From IMG/VR virus record IMGVR_UViG_3300023236_000004: a DNA stretch of 61,880 nt. One strand, given 5' to 3'. Below the pieces are notes generated by a model. It worked only from the letters and a program-made list of their open reading frames with translations, was not told the origin of the DNA and made no database searches. This stretch comes from an uncultured virus (IMG/VR IMGVR_UViG_3300023236_000004). Lineage: Duplodnaviria > Heunggongvirae > Uroviricota > Caudoviricetes. Of the stretch, positions 29,453 through 38,220 are shown piece by piece; position 1 is the first letter of the stretch; each line of letters starts with the position of its first letter. The position numbers and the translations under genes were made by a program.

Positions 29453-30735
29453 AATCAAAAACATTATGCATGGCACCGTGGACACACACGTATCTGAGTC
29501 CACAGACAGAAAGACGTTTATGTTGTGCATCACGTGAACCAGCACAAAACTTTGAACAGTACATAGATACAAAAGCAGGTACTGGTACTTATATACCTAT
29601 TACATTAGAACAGCATTGGAATAGTGAACACATGCGTAGTGTGCGCAAGCGCATGATGGCAGGAGAAACGTTACCAGAGTGTGAAGTGTGCAATGACAAG
29701 TTATTAAACACTGACGTTTACCGCTCATATTTTAACAGTTTATTTGGGCATAAGTACTTACACGCAGTAGAAACAACTGACGAAACAGGTTACACCTCCA
29801 TGGAGCCAATCTCCTGGGATTATCGATTCAGTAACCTATGTAACTTCAAATGCCGTATGTGCGGCGACATGCTGTCCAGTGCATGGGAAACTGAGCAAAA
29901 ACAGCATGACATGGTCAATTGGCACGATCCAAAAAACAGTTGGATGCGCCCCGAGGTCAAGAATCAGATTGAACATTTCCAAAGTACTCAAGTTGAACAA
30001 GAGTTTGCACAAGCGGTAGAGGACCACCGTGTCGAGGAAGTCTATTGGGTAGGCGGTGAACCTCTCATGTACGAGCAACACTGGAAGTACATGCAGAGAA
30101 TAATTGAACTGGGAGATGGAAAAAATGTTTATGCAAGGTACAACACTAATCTTAGTAGGATCACTTATCGCGGTTGCGATCTTTACAGTGATATTTTACC
30201 TGGGCTTCGCGACTGGCAAATATGCGCAAGCATTGACGGTACAGGCACAATTGGAGAGTATGTCAGAACAGGTCTTGACTATCCGGAGTGGCTTGAAAAT
30301 TTTAAACGAGGAGTTAGTACAGCTACTCATAGAAGACAAATGAGAATAGACTTCACGCTTACCTTACCGGGTATGTTTGAAGTCGTTCCAATAATCAAAC
30401 TAGCACGTGAGCTTAATGTAGATATCTTGGCTAAAGTTGTTTTCAGCTTTAGCCCGGATATTGCGTTGAGTCCACTAGCACTACCAAAATCTATTTTACA
30501 TAAATGGGTGGACGAACTGTTGCCGGACACACATGGTGCAATGCATGATGTACTACAGCAACTTAAATCACGTCCTACGTTTGACGAACAATGGCCAAAT
30601 GAATACAAACAAGGACTTGCAAAAGGCAAGGCTCGTGTGTTACAATTAGAAAGTATTAGAACGCAATCAACTACAATGGATGAAATATTGTCCAAGAGAC
30701 CAGACGTATATGAGTGGTGGAATCAAATCAGTTAA
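29449..30735 (+). CDS. Radical SAM enzyme 7 with N-terminal Twitch/SPASM-like domain
   Basis: CNFKCRMC, VGGEP, and N-terminal CMAPW...LCC...CEVC; TTG start overlaps the upstream stop. Confidence 0.9.
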   Translation: MKSKTLCMAPWTHTYLSPQTERRLCCASREPAQNFEQYIDTKAGTGTYIPITLEQHWNSEHMRSVRKRMMAGETLPECEVCNDKLLNTDVYRSYFNSLFGHKYLHAVETTDETGYTSMEPISWDYRFSNLCNFKCRMCGDMLSSAWETEQKQHDMVNWHDPKNSWMRPEVKNQIEHFQSTQVEQEFAQAVEDHRVEEVYWVGGEPLMYEQHWKYMQRIIELGDGKNVYARYNTNLSRITYRGCDLYSDILPGLRDWQICASIDGTGTIGEYVRTGLDYPEWLENFKRGVSTATHRRQMRIDFTLTLPGMFEVVPIIKLARELNVDILAKVVFSFSPDIALSPLALPKSILHKWVDELLPDTHGAMHDVLQQLKSRPTFDEQWPNEYKQGLAKGKARVLQLESIRTQSTTMDEILSKRPDVYEWWNQIS

Positions 30736-31858
30736 GGTAGTACTACGTAATCCTTTAGACAAAAAAGATCAGTTAGACTACACAATAGAATTAACAGATA
30801 CCCAATTGGCGCAGGACTGGGCGAGTGCATTGCAGGTAGAATTACGAAGCAACAGACTATTAGAAAAAAATTATTGCTTTATGGGCTTCCCCCATTCGCC
30901 GCGCAACTTGCCCTATCTGTGTCGCGAAATAAATGATTCGATATACCGTATTAATATTTTTAATCGCACAGGTATTTGGCAGCAAGCGGGACTTAAACCT
31001 TACATAATAGAAGATTACTTTACGCCAGACACTGTCCGATTCGGTGATGAATATCCTGTTGGCTATGATAGTGACAACTTGGGCCTTGGGGTCAAGCATG
31101 GTGCAATGAATAGACTACATAACTACTTCGAAGTACTGCAAGGCACTGTAGAAAATCTAAGTCCTTATTACAAACATGCAGATTTTGAAACCAAATACGC
31201 TATTAGGCAACTAAACAACTTATGTCACGAATCAGAAACGCTTATTCTAAGTCAACGTAAACAAGCAACAGTGCCAGACTGGGTACGTCCTAGTCAGATT
31301 ACAACATTCTTGCAAGCATTACGTTTTGAGCTAACGGACGAGCATAGGAAAGATTTTATTGCAAACGGATACGACAGAGAGTTTGGTGGAGTATACATGC
31401 ACTGGACACAAATTGGCAAAACACTGATGGAAGTGTTTAGGGATGAGCATGCACCAGAATTAACTGACACGGTATGTGAAGCAATTACTCATTTACAATA
31501 CTACTCGGGAGAGTTTGATGTAGAGTGGGGTAAAACAATACGCTATGTTGATGGTTACGAGTGGCACAATAAAGAAATTGATGACTTTACTAATTGGTTA
31601 GAACTTAACGGCATGGACCCAACTGATCCACAGTTAAGTTTAGGGCATGCAAAAATTGGACAAGTATTGCTGACAGAAAGTTTTGGACAATGTCATCCCC
31701 AAGCAATACTACAACATCTTAGCAATCACTTAGACATTTACCGTATAGAAGTTGGAGACGTGAGTAATACGTTTGATTATTGTTGGGGTGACCATAACTA
31801 CAAACAAACGCAAATAGACATGATGAGGCCAGGGTATGAACATAGTAGCAGGGGGTGA
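30710..31858 (+). CDS. Hypothetical protein in the modification operon
   Basis: Long coupled ORF with His motifs 'NRLHNYFE' and 'LNNLCHE'; no family recognised. Confidence 0.7.
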   Translation: MSGGIKSVKVVLRNPLDKKDQLDYTIELTDTQLAQDWASALQVELRSNRLLEKNYCFMGFPHSPRNLPYLCREINDSIYRINIFNRTGIWQQAGLKPYIIEDYFTPDTVRFGDEYPVGYDSDNLGLGVKHGAMNRLHNYFEVLQGTVENLSPYYKHADFETKYAIRQLNNLCHESETLILSQRKQATVPDWVRPSQITTFLQALRFELTDEHRKDFIANGYDREFGGVYMHWTQIGKTLMEVFRDEHAPELTDTVCEAITHLQYYSGEFDVEWGKTIRYVDGYEWHNKEIDDFTNWLELNGMDPTDPQLSLGHAKIGQVLLTESFGQCHPQAILQHLSNHLDIYRIEVGDVSNTFDYCWGDHNYKQTQIDMMRPGYEHSSRG

Positions 31859-32648
31859 TAGTTTCGTATACGGTAGTGAATTAAAAGACTGCATACGTGC
31901 GCATAGTCACAGCACATTTCCTGCATTGTTGGCACATGATATTAAACAAACATATAGATGCACAGCCTGGCCCGGTATAGGCAACGATGCTATTGCACGT
32001 AGAGTGATTGATGAAGTTTATGTATACCGCATGCACGGCACTCAGGTCCGTGATTTATTTGTTATTGTAAACTGGACATTCCCTGGCAGGTATGAATTTA
32101 GATTCAACTACGACACAGGGCAACGCACAGGTAATTGGTACGCTATTACTCCGCACACCGCAGATATCAAATTAGAAAATCCTATAGCAAGAATGCAAAG
32201 CGAGCACATTGCTAGAGCTACGCAAAAAGGTATGGCAGGTTTTGCTGAAACTTTCTACAAACATGTAGGTGGGGATTACTGGGACACATACCAATCGTTA
32301 AAAGAAATAGTGTATCTGCAAAACTACTTAATTGCAAACGGAATAAAGTACATGTTCACATGTGCAGATAACAGTATCTTGTGCAATAAATTGATACATG
32401 ACGCTAGTAACAGATCAATGAAGATGTGTGATGATAACATCAACATGCTAGTCAAGGAGATCAAAGATCGACAACAAAACTGGTTTTGGTTTCCGGATGG
32501 TGAAACAGGCCCAAGAGGTTTTTACCAGTGGGCAATGGAAAATAAATACCCTAGTGGAGAAACACATCCACTAGAAGAAGCGCACGATGCCGCTTATCAA
32601 CTTATGAAGGACAAGTTCAATGAACTGGTTAAAGAACCTTTGGAATAG
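31836..32648 (+). CDS. SGNH/GDSL-like hydrolase or acyltransferase
   Basis: N-terminal GDSF, 'PGIGND.I' and C-terminal 'HPLEEAH'. Confidence 0.75.
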   Translation: MNIVAGGDSFVYGSELKDCIRAHSHSTFPALLAHDIKQTYRCTAWPGIGNDAIARRVIDEVYVYRMHGTQVRDLFVIVNWTFPGRYEFRFNYDTGQRTGNWYAITPHTADIKLENPIARMQSEHIARATQKGMAGFAETFYKHVGGDYWDTYQSLKEIVYLQNYLIANGIKYMFTCADNSILCNKLIHDASNRSMKMCDDNINMLVKEIKDRQQNWFWFPDGETGPRGFYQWAMENKYPSGETHPLEEAHDAAYQLMKDKFNELVKEPLE

Positions 32649-32721
32649 AATCATCCTAGAAATACGCTATCGTAAAAAGCTCAAAGAACTTAAAAAACGA
32701 GATCCTTTTATTTACAAATGA
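32620..32721 (+). CDS. 33-aa peptide MNWLKNLWNRIILEIRYRKKLKELKKRDPFIYK (below the ORF-track cutoff); DltX/SxtK-like FIY motif
   Basis: ATG at 32620 preceded by AAGGA. It fills the gap between two SGNH genes, and its TGA overlaps the next start (ATGA, 32718-32721). Confidence 0.75.
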   Translation: MNWLKNLWNRIILEIRYRKKLKELKKRDPFIYK

Positions 32722-33353
32722 TTTTAACAATAGGCGACAGTTTTACCTACGGTGCAGAACTTGACAATCGTGAACAAGACGCATGGCCGTATCTATTGGG
32801 AAGAGAATTAGACTTTGGAGTTTACAACCTTGCTGTACCTGGGGGTAGTAACGATAGGATGTTTAGGGTTACTATTGACCGGGTTGTACAAAATAATTAT
32901 GAACTAGTAATATGCGCTTGGACTGAACCGTCAAGACTTGATTTAATGTTCGGAGGAAAAGAGCTACAAATAACCAGTGCTAGTTATCATCACCACACTA
33001 GGTTCCCGTGGATTAAACAGTATTATGCAGAACACTATGATGTAGCACACGCAACACAAACTTGGTTAGCAAAGGTATTAGCACTACAAGATCTTTTAAA
33101 ACAGCGTAGACAAAAGTATGTGTTTGTTAGTATGGACGGGCACTGGGACGACTACCACTATAAGAATATTGGTTTACAGCATATGGCTGATGCAGTAGAC
33201 AAAGAACACTACTTGGGTTGGCCTCATGAGGGATTCACGCATTGGCAGGATGGTTGTCCGTTAGGCCCAAATGGACATCCATTGGAACTTGGACATCAAC
33301 GAATAGCAGATAAAATTTATGAACATATTAGGAATAAGCAGTGGTTTTCATGA
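32718..33353 (+). CDS. SGNH/GDSL-like hydrolase or acyltransferase
   Basis: GDSFTYG, 'NLAVPGGSND' and C-terminal 'GHPLELGH'. Confidence 0.8.
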   Translation: MILTIGDSFTYGAELDNREQDAWPYLLGRELDFGVYNLAVPGGSNDRMFRVTIDRVVQNNYELVICAWTEPSRLDLMFGGKELQITSASYHHHTRFPWIKQYYAEHYDVAHATQTWLAKVLALQDLLKQRRQKYVFVSMDGHWDDYHYKNIGLQHMADAVDKEHYLGWPHEGFTHWQDGCPLGPNGHPLELGHQRIADKIYEHIRNKQWFS

Positions 33354-34812
33354 CGCTGGTGCTAGTGTAATAAACACAGCAGGCGACATACTGTTTGCTA
33401 GTCATAGCGAACGCTACAGCAAACAAAAACACGATCCCAATCTATGCGAGGGGATTGTGCAAGAAGCAATGAGCCACGGTATTGATCATATTGCATACTA
33501 TGAGCGTCCTTGGTTGAAACAAATACGCAGACTCATATCAGGTGAAGGATTCAACTGGACGCAAACCAGTGTTGATAAATTGATATTCGATCAAATCGGA
33601 CGTCCTGTTGATGTTCCTGTTAGCACACATAATCATCATTTAAGCCATGCTGCCGCTGGATTTCAAACATCTCCGTTTGAACGTGCAACAGTTGTTGTAG
33701 TAGACGCTATAGGTGAGTTGGATTGTATTACCATATGGGGCGCTGAATACAAGAATGGTCGTGCAGTGTACAAGAAACTTTGGACCAGACGTTACCCACA
33801 CAGTATCGGGTTGATGTACTCGGCCGCAACTGCACACATAGGACTACGCCCAATGGACGAAGAGTATATTCTAATGGGAATGGCCGCTTATGCCGACAAA
33901 GAAAAAGTACGACATTATTCTAATCAGTTGTCTCACAAACTTGTAGCAGACTTTACTAATATAAAATTAAAACATAATTTACACACAGGCTTTGACGGTG
34001 TGTTGAGCAACGAACTGTCGGTTATTAGCGATGCAGACATGGCTGGTAGTATACAAGCAGTTACAGAAACATTGCTTAACAGTGTTATGTGGAATGCGGC
34101 AAACTTTCATTGGAGTAAAAATTTAGTATTCATGGGAGGTGTTGCACTTAACTGTTTAGCCAATAGACTTTTAGGTAGTTGCTTTGACAATTTTTGGATT
34201 ATGCCAAACCCAGGTGATGCTGGTAGTAGTTTAGGAGCCGCGGCACTAGTGCATGGTGGCAGACTAAATTGGCAACATCCTTATCTTGGTCACAACATAC
34301 CTGGTGAGTATCCTGTAAAGGCACTGGTAAAAGAATTAGCCAAGAATAAAATAGCAGGTGTAGCAAGTGGCAGAGCAGAGTTTGGTCCTAGAGCATTGGG
34401 TAACAGAAGTTTACTAGCGGACCCACGTGGCAAAGAAATAAAGGATCGTGTAAATGAAATTAAACGTAGACAACACTTTAGGCCATTTGCTCCTGCTATA
34501 CTGGCAGAGCATGTGCATGACTATTTTGAAATGCCCAAAGGTTGGCAACGTAGTGATTACATGCAAGTGGTAGCACGGTGTACAAGTGACAAGTTTCCTG
34601 CTATACTACATGCTGACGGAACAAGTAGAGTACAAACAGTACCTGCAGATAGCGGCAGTGGATTTAGAAAACTGTTAGAAGCATGGTATAAGAAAACAGG
34701 TTGCCCGATGTTGCTTAATACAAGTTTAAACATCAGGGGCGAACCGATGGTAAACGATCGTGCAGATGCTGATCGTTTCGAAACTGAATATGGAGTTCGA
34801 GTACTATCATGA
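33319..34812 (+). CDS. Carbamoyltransferase, NodU/CmcH/TobZ family
   Basis: 'FHDAGA', 'ERYSKQKHD', 'HHLSHAA', 'VVDAIGE', 'GGVALNC', 'PGDAG', 'EFGPRALGNRSLLADPR', 'FRPFAP', 'HADGTSRVQTV', 'LLNTSLN'. Confidence 0.95.
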   Translation: MNILGISSGFHDAGASVINTAGDILFASHSERYSKQKHDPNLCEGIVQEAMSHGIDHIAYYERPWLKQIRRLISGEGFNWTQTSVDKLIFDQIGRPVDVPVSTHNHHLSHAAAGFQTSPFERATVVVVDAIGELDCITIWGAEYKNGRAVYKKLWTRRYPHSIGLMYSAATAHIGLRPMDEEYILMGMAAYADKEKVRHYSNQLSHKLVADFTNIKLKHNLHTGFDGVLSNELSVISDADMAGSIQAVTETLLNSVMWNAANFHWSKNLVFMGGVALNCLANRLLGSCFDNFWIMPNPGDAGSSLGAAALVHGGRLNWQHPYLGHNIPGEYPVKALVKELAKNKIAGVASGRAEFGPRALGNRSLLADPRGKEIKDRVNEIKRRQHFRPFAPAILAEHVHDYFEMPKGWQRSDYMQVVARCTSDKFPAILHADGTSRVQTVPADSGSGFRKLLEAWYKKTGCPMLLNTSLNIRGEPMVNDRADADRFETEYGVRVLS

Positions 34813-35465
34813 AAAATTTAGTTGTAGTCGGTGACAGTTTCTGTGCTAGTAAAGGTTGGCCCCAGGAACTAGCACAATTACTAAATTTAAATTTAGTTGT
34901 TGCAGGGTATAGCGGACACCCATGGTGGGCTTATCGACATTTCTTGAATCAAAAATATATTAAAGATATGTTGGCAACAGAAACCGATGCCCTTGTTTTT
35001 GTTCACAGTTTCGCAGAAAGAATCCCGTTCGATTGCCCTAACTATGAAATAGCAAACATCAATAAATTTGATCCTACTCCTAAAACAGAAGTAGGACTAG
35101 CAGTGAAACTGTATTACAAGTATTTAGAAAATGCACCTTTTGCAGAATGGGCACAGCAGAAATGGTTTGAAGAAATCAATAAAGAATATTCTAACATCAA
35201 AACTGTCCATTTACATGGTTTTCCTAGTTCGTTGCCATTTCGAAACCTACTAGGTGGTGTACAAGTACTTCCAGACTTAACATCGATTAGTATTGCAGAA
35301 ATATACAAGGACACAGCACATCCTAACACATTGCATCAAGACACCAGACTAAATCATTTTAGTAAAGAGAATAATTCTGTCATTGCGACCCAATTATGCA
35401 AGCTAATTACAGATTATTCTCCAGGCGACCACGAATTCAACTTGGATCATTTTCAACTAAATTAG
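34809..35465 (+). CDS. SGNH/GDSL-like protein
   Basis: 'VVGDSFC' and C-terminal 'D.RLNHFS'. Confidence 0.65.
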   Translation: MKNLVVVGDSFCASKGWPQELAQLLNLNLVVAGYSGHPWWAYRHFLNQKYIKDMLATETDALVFVHSFAERIPFDCPNYEIANINKFDPTPKTEVGLAVKLYYKYLENAPFAEWAQQKWFEEINKEYSNIKTVHLHGFPSSLPFRNLLGGVQVLPDLTSISIAEIYKDTAHPNTLHQDTRLNHFSKENNSVIATQLCKLITDYSPGDHEFNLDHFQLN

Positions 35466-35475
35466 AAAGAATAGC

Positions 35476-35940
35476 ATGAAAATATTAATATGCGGATTAC
35501 CCGGAAGCGGTAAAACTACACTAGCAGAACCATTTGCCAAACTAATTGGAGCAGTGCATATCAACGCTGACGCTATTAGAAAAGAATACGACGACTGGGA
35601 CTTTTCCCCAGAAGGGCGTATGCGACAAGCACTACGCATGAAGTATCTGGCAGACGGTATTGTCAAGGCAGGTAAGATCTGTATAGCAGATTTTATTGCA
35701 CCCACAAAACAAGCAAGAGCAGGGTTTGGTGCAGACTATACTATCTGGATGGACACAATTAAAGAAGGTAGGTTTGAAGATACAAACAAAATGTTTGAGC
35801 CTTTAGAACGTGATGAATATGACTACCATGTTGCGGAATGGTTTGAAAATACGCACCAAGAACTTTTGCAGATTGTAAGCAAGTACTTGTGGCCTTTTAT
35901 CAATGATAAGAAGATAAAGATAAACGTACATGATATCTAA
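35476..35940 (+). CDS. Adenylylsulfate (APS) kinase-like P-loop kinase
   Basis: GLPGSGKTT Walker A, 'NADAIR', 'DFSPEGRMRQ', 'FIAP', 'FEP'. Confidence 0.8.
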   Translation: MKILICGLPGSGKTTLAEPFAKLIGAVHINADAIRKEYDDWDFSPEGRMRQALRMKYLADGIVKAGKICIADFIAPTKQARAGFGADYTIWMDTIKEGRFEDTNKMFEPLERDEYDYHVAEWFENTHQELLQIVSKYLWPFINDKKIKINVHDI

Positions 35941-36136
35941 ACGTAGACACTTAGCAAAAGCAATTACATGGCGAATAATTGCTAGTACTGTAACAGCACT
36001 GATTGCATGGTGGTTTGGTTTACCTGCCAAGGCAGTAGGATTGGTATTTGCGGCAGACTTGGTAATTAAATTTATATTATACTATGCACACGAACGTGTA
36101 TGGTACAACCACATAAAATATGGAGTAACAAAATAA
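35930..36136 (+). CDS. Small membrane protein, DUF2061-like
   Basis: 'RHLAKAITWRIIA...KFILYYAHERVW' signature. Confidence 0.8.
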   Translation: MISKRRHLAKAITWRIIASTVTALIAWWFGLPAKAVGLVFAADLVIKFILYYAHERVWYNHIKYGVTK

Positions 36137-36549
36137 TGGCATTTGATAATCAGAAACCAACTACAGAAATGTTGGGTCGTTGGCAACCTTGGCACGACGG
36201 ACACACTGCACTGTTTAAAAAAGCACTGCTGGAGTCAGGACAAGTATGTATTATGGTACGTGATGTTGGAGGCATTGTGGGTGAAGACGCAGGTGGTGGA
36301 CGAACGGGCGCACAAACTGATAATCCATTTAACTTCGGCACAGTAAAAAACAACATCACTCAAGGACTGTTTGCCGCAGGCTTTACGTATGGTGAGGAAT
36401 ACATTATAACGCAAGTACCTAATATTGTTGACATCAGTTATGGTAGAGGTGTTGGATACACATTTACAGAACATGATCTTGGCAACGATATACATCAGAT
36501 TAGTGCTACACAAATTAGAGAACAGTTACGAGCAGAAGGTAAACTTTGA
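36136..36549 (+). CDS. HxGH-family nucleotidyltransferase (cytidylyltransferase-like)
   Basis: 'GRWQPWHDGH', 'NPF', 'YGRGVGY', 'ISATQIR'; the ATG at 36136 overlaps the upstream TAA. Confidence 0.8.
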   Translation: MAFDNQKPTTEMLGRWQPWHDGHTALFKKALLESGQVCIMVRDVGGIVGEDAGGGRTGAQTDNPFNFGTVKNNITQGLFAAGFTYGEEYIITQVPNIVDISYGRGVGYTFTEHDLGNDIHQISATQIREQLRAEGKL

Positions 36550-37007
36550 AACAGAAGCACATAAAAGCATACATGAAAACTGCGCATGCATTTGCGGAGT
36601 GTAGTACAGCACGTAGACTACAAGTAGGCGCTATTGTCGTAAAAGACAATAGGATCATTAGCATTGGCTATAATGGAATGCCTAGTGGTTGGGATAACAA
36701 TTGCGAAATTGAAGTTGAAAATGAACACCTAAAGAAATATCCCAATCCACATCAGCATCATGTGATAGAGCTTAAAAGTAAACCAGAAGTACTTCATGCT
36801 GAAATGAACGCACTAATGAAGTTGGCAAGGTCTACTGAAAGTGGTAATGGTGCTACAATGTTTATTACACACAGTCCTTGTTTGGACTGCGCAAAAGGCA
36901 TGCATCAAGCAGGTATTAAAGAAGTTTACTACGAGCAAGAATATCGCGATGACAGCGGTATTAAGTTTTTGACAAAATCTGGGATTCAACTTCAGCTATT
37001 GTCTTGA
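36546..37007 (+). CDS. dCMP deaminase
   Basis: 'S.ARRLQVGAIVVKD.RIISIGYNG', HAEMNA, and the SPCLDC zinc motif. Confidence 0.92.
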   Translation: MKQKHIKAYMKTAHAFAECSTARRLQVGAIVVKDNRIISIGYNGMPSGWDNNCEIEVENEHLKKYPNPHQHHVIELKSKPEVLHAEMNALMKLARSTESGNGATMFITHSPCLDCAKGMHQAGIKEVYYEQEYRDDSGIKFLTKSGIQLQLLS

Positions 37008-38220
37008 GAGACTCTTCATAGCTCGTAGCATTTTGTCTTATTTCTAATATCTGATCTCTCCCGATCGGTGGCAGAGGAACACCTATGTCTGGCTTAGTCC
37101 AATCAATCAATTTATCATTTACTTTTTCAAAATTGGATGCAAGTTCGGCCCAGGCTTTATCTAAAAAGTCTGTGCTGTAAAATAAATTATAATTGTGTTC
37201 CAGCACTTCTGTCATGTCCTGTAACATGTCCTCTAACTCACCCAATGATTTCTTGCATATACTTTTTATAATATTACTTACGGCTTCTAAACGCTGTACA
37301 GGATCAGTAATAGCATCATAACTTTCGTCCCACCAACGACCGAATGTTCTAAATCCGTAACTACGGAAATAATCTAAATTGTTTGCGCAACCAACAAGTA
37401 CAAACGGTTGTTTAGCAACAATAGGTTTGAATATTTTTTCAGTTAAGTGTGTACGATCGTCCCAGAACATAGTCTCAGTTACTACATGTAAGAAACTTGA
37501 CATTAATTCTGGTAATGGTCCTATACTTTGACTTCCATTGGGGATGTCTGCTTCGGAACTGTCGATACGCAATGAGCGCGGCAAACTGTTTACTTTTGCT
37601 ACAACTTGGTTAATATATTCACGGCTAAAGAGAAACTTTTTATTATTGTTAACTAATGCATCACGGCATGTTTCGTTGTGTACTGGGCAGTTGTGACTAT
37701 AACTAACATACCCTTGATCGATGACATCAGCTAATTCTGCTACTAGCAGACTTCTATAAACACGCATGTTGCCAGTAATTCTATTAAAACAAACAAACTT
37801 CTTTTGCAGTTTTCTTTTTGATGGATCAGTAATGTTAACATTATATCTATAACCTCTATACCAATCACTTGCACAAAACGCATGGAAGAAGTAATTAACA
37901 TCTACCGCATTGTAATGTTTAAGTATCTTTTCTTTCTCCTCACTATGTCTTTCTGTGCTTAGCAAAATCATTGGTCTGAATTCACCTTGTAAATCTCTAT
38001 GGACATCGTTAATGTAATTAAATAAAGGTGTGTTATAAAACAAGTCAAGAGGTTCTTGATCATAAATTACAACCATTGGTCCATTGTCGTTACCTCCTAT
38101 TATTTCAACATTTTCTGGTTGAGTTGATCCAAAAGGATGTAGGTACATTAGGGAACATTCTGTTATAATACTTTTAGCTAAATTTAAGATGTTCTCATTA
38201 TGACTATATATATTATACAT
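36961..38220 (-). CDS. Glycosyltransferase-like protein (GT-B; C-terminus resembles GT10-type 'TEK' domain)
   Basis: 'SFLHVVTET...HLTEKIFKPIVAKQPFVLVG...GFRTF...WDESYD...LEHNY'. Confidence 0.6.
   Translation of the reverse strand: MYNIYSHNENILNLAKSIITECSLMYLHPFGSTQPENVEIIGGNDNGPMVVIYDQEPLDLFYNTPLFNYINDVHRDLQGEFRPMILLSTERHSEEKEKILKHYNAVDVNYFFHAFCASDWYRGYRYNVNITDPSKRKLQKKFVCFNRITGNMRVYRSLLVAELADVIDQGYVSYSHNCPVHNETCRDALVNNNKKFLFSREYINQVVAKVNSLPRSLRIDSSEADIPNGSQSIGPLPELMSSFLHVVTETMFWDDRTHLTEKIFKPIVAKQPFVLVGCANNLDYFRSYGFRTFGRWWDESYDAITDPVQRLEAVSNIIKSICKKSLGELEDMLQDMTEVLEHNYNLFYSTDFLDKAWAELASNFEKVNDKLIDWTKPDIGVPLPPIGRDQILEIRQNATSYEESLKTIAEVESQILSKT

Noticed and set aside
21686..32721. RiPP cluster with the 33-aa peptide as precursor for the radical SAM enzymes
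   Set aside because: No RRE/PqqD domain, leader-core layout, protease or exporter was recognised, and the neighbourhood is sugar-modifying. Not strictly excluded.
31836..35465. Saxitoxin biosynthesis (sxtI/sxtK/sxtL-like arrangement)
   Set aside because: No sxtA- or sxtG-like core genes; the resemblance is limited to a generic carbamoylation module.
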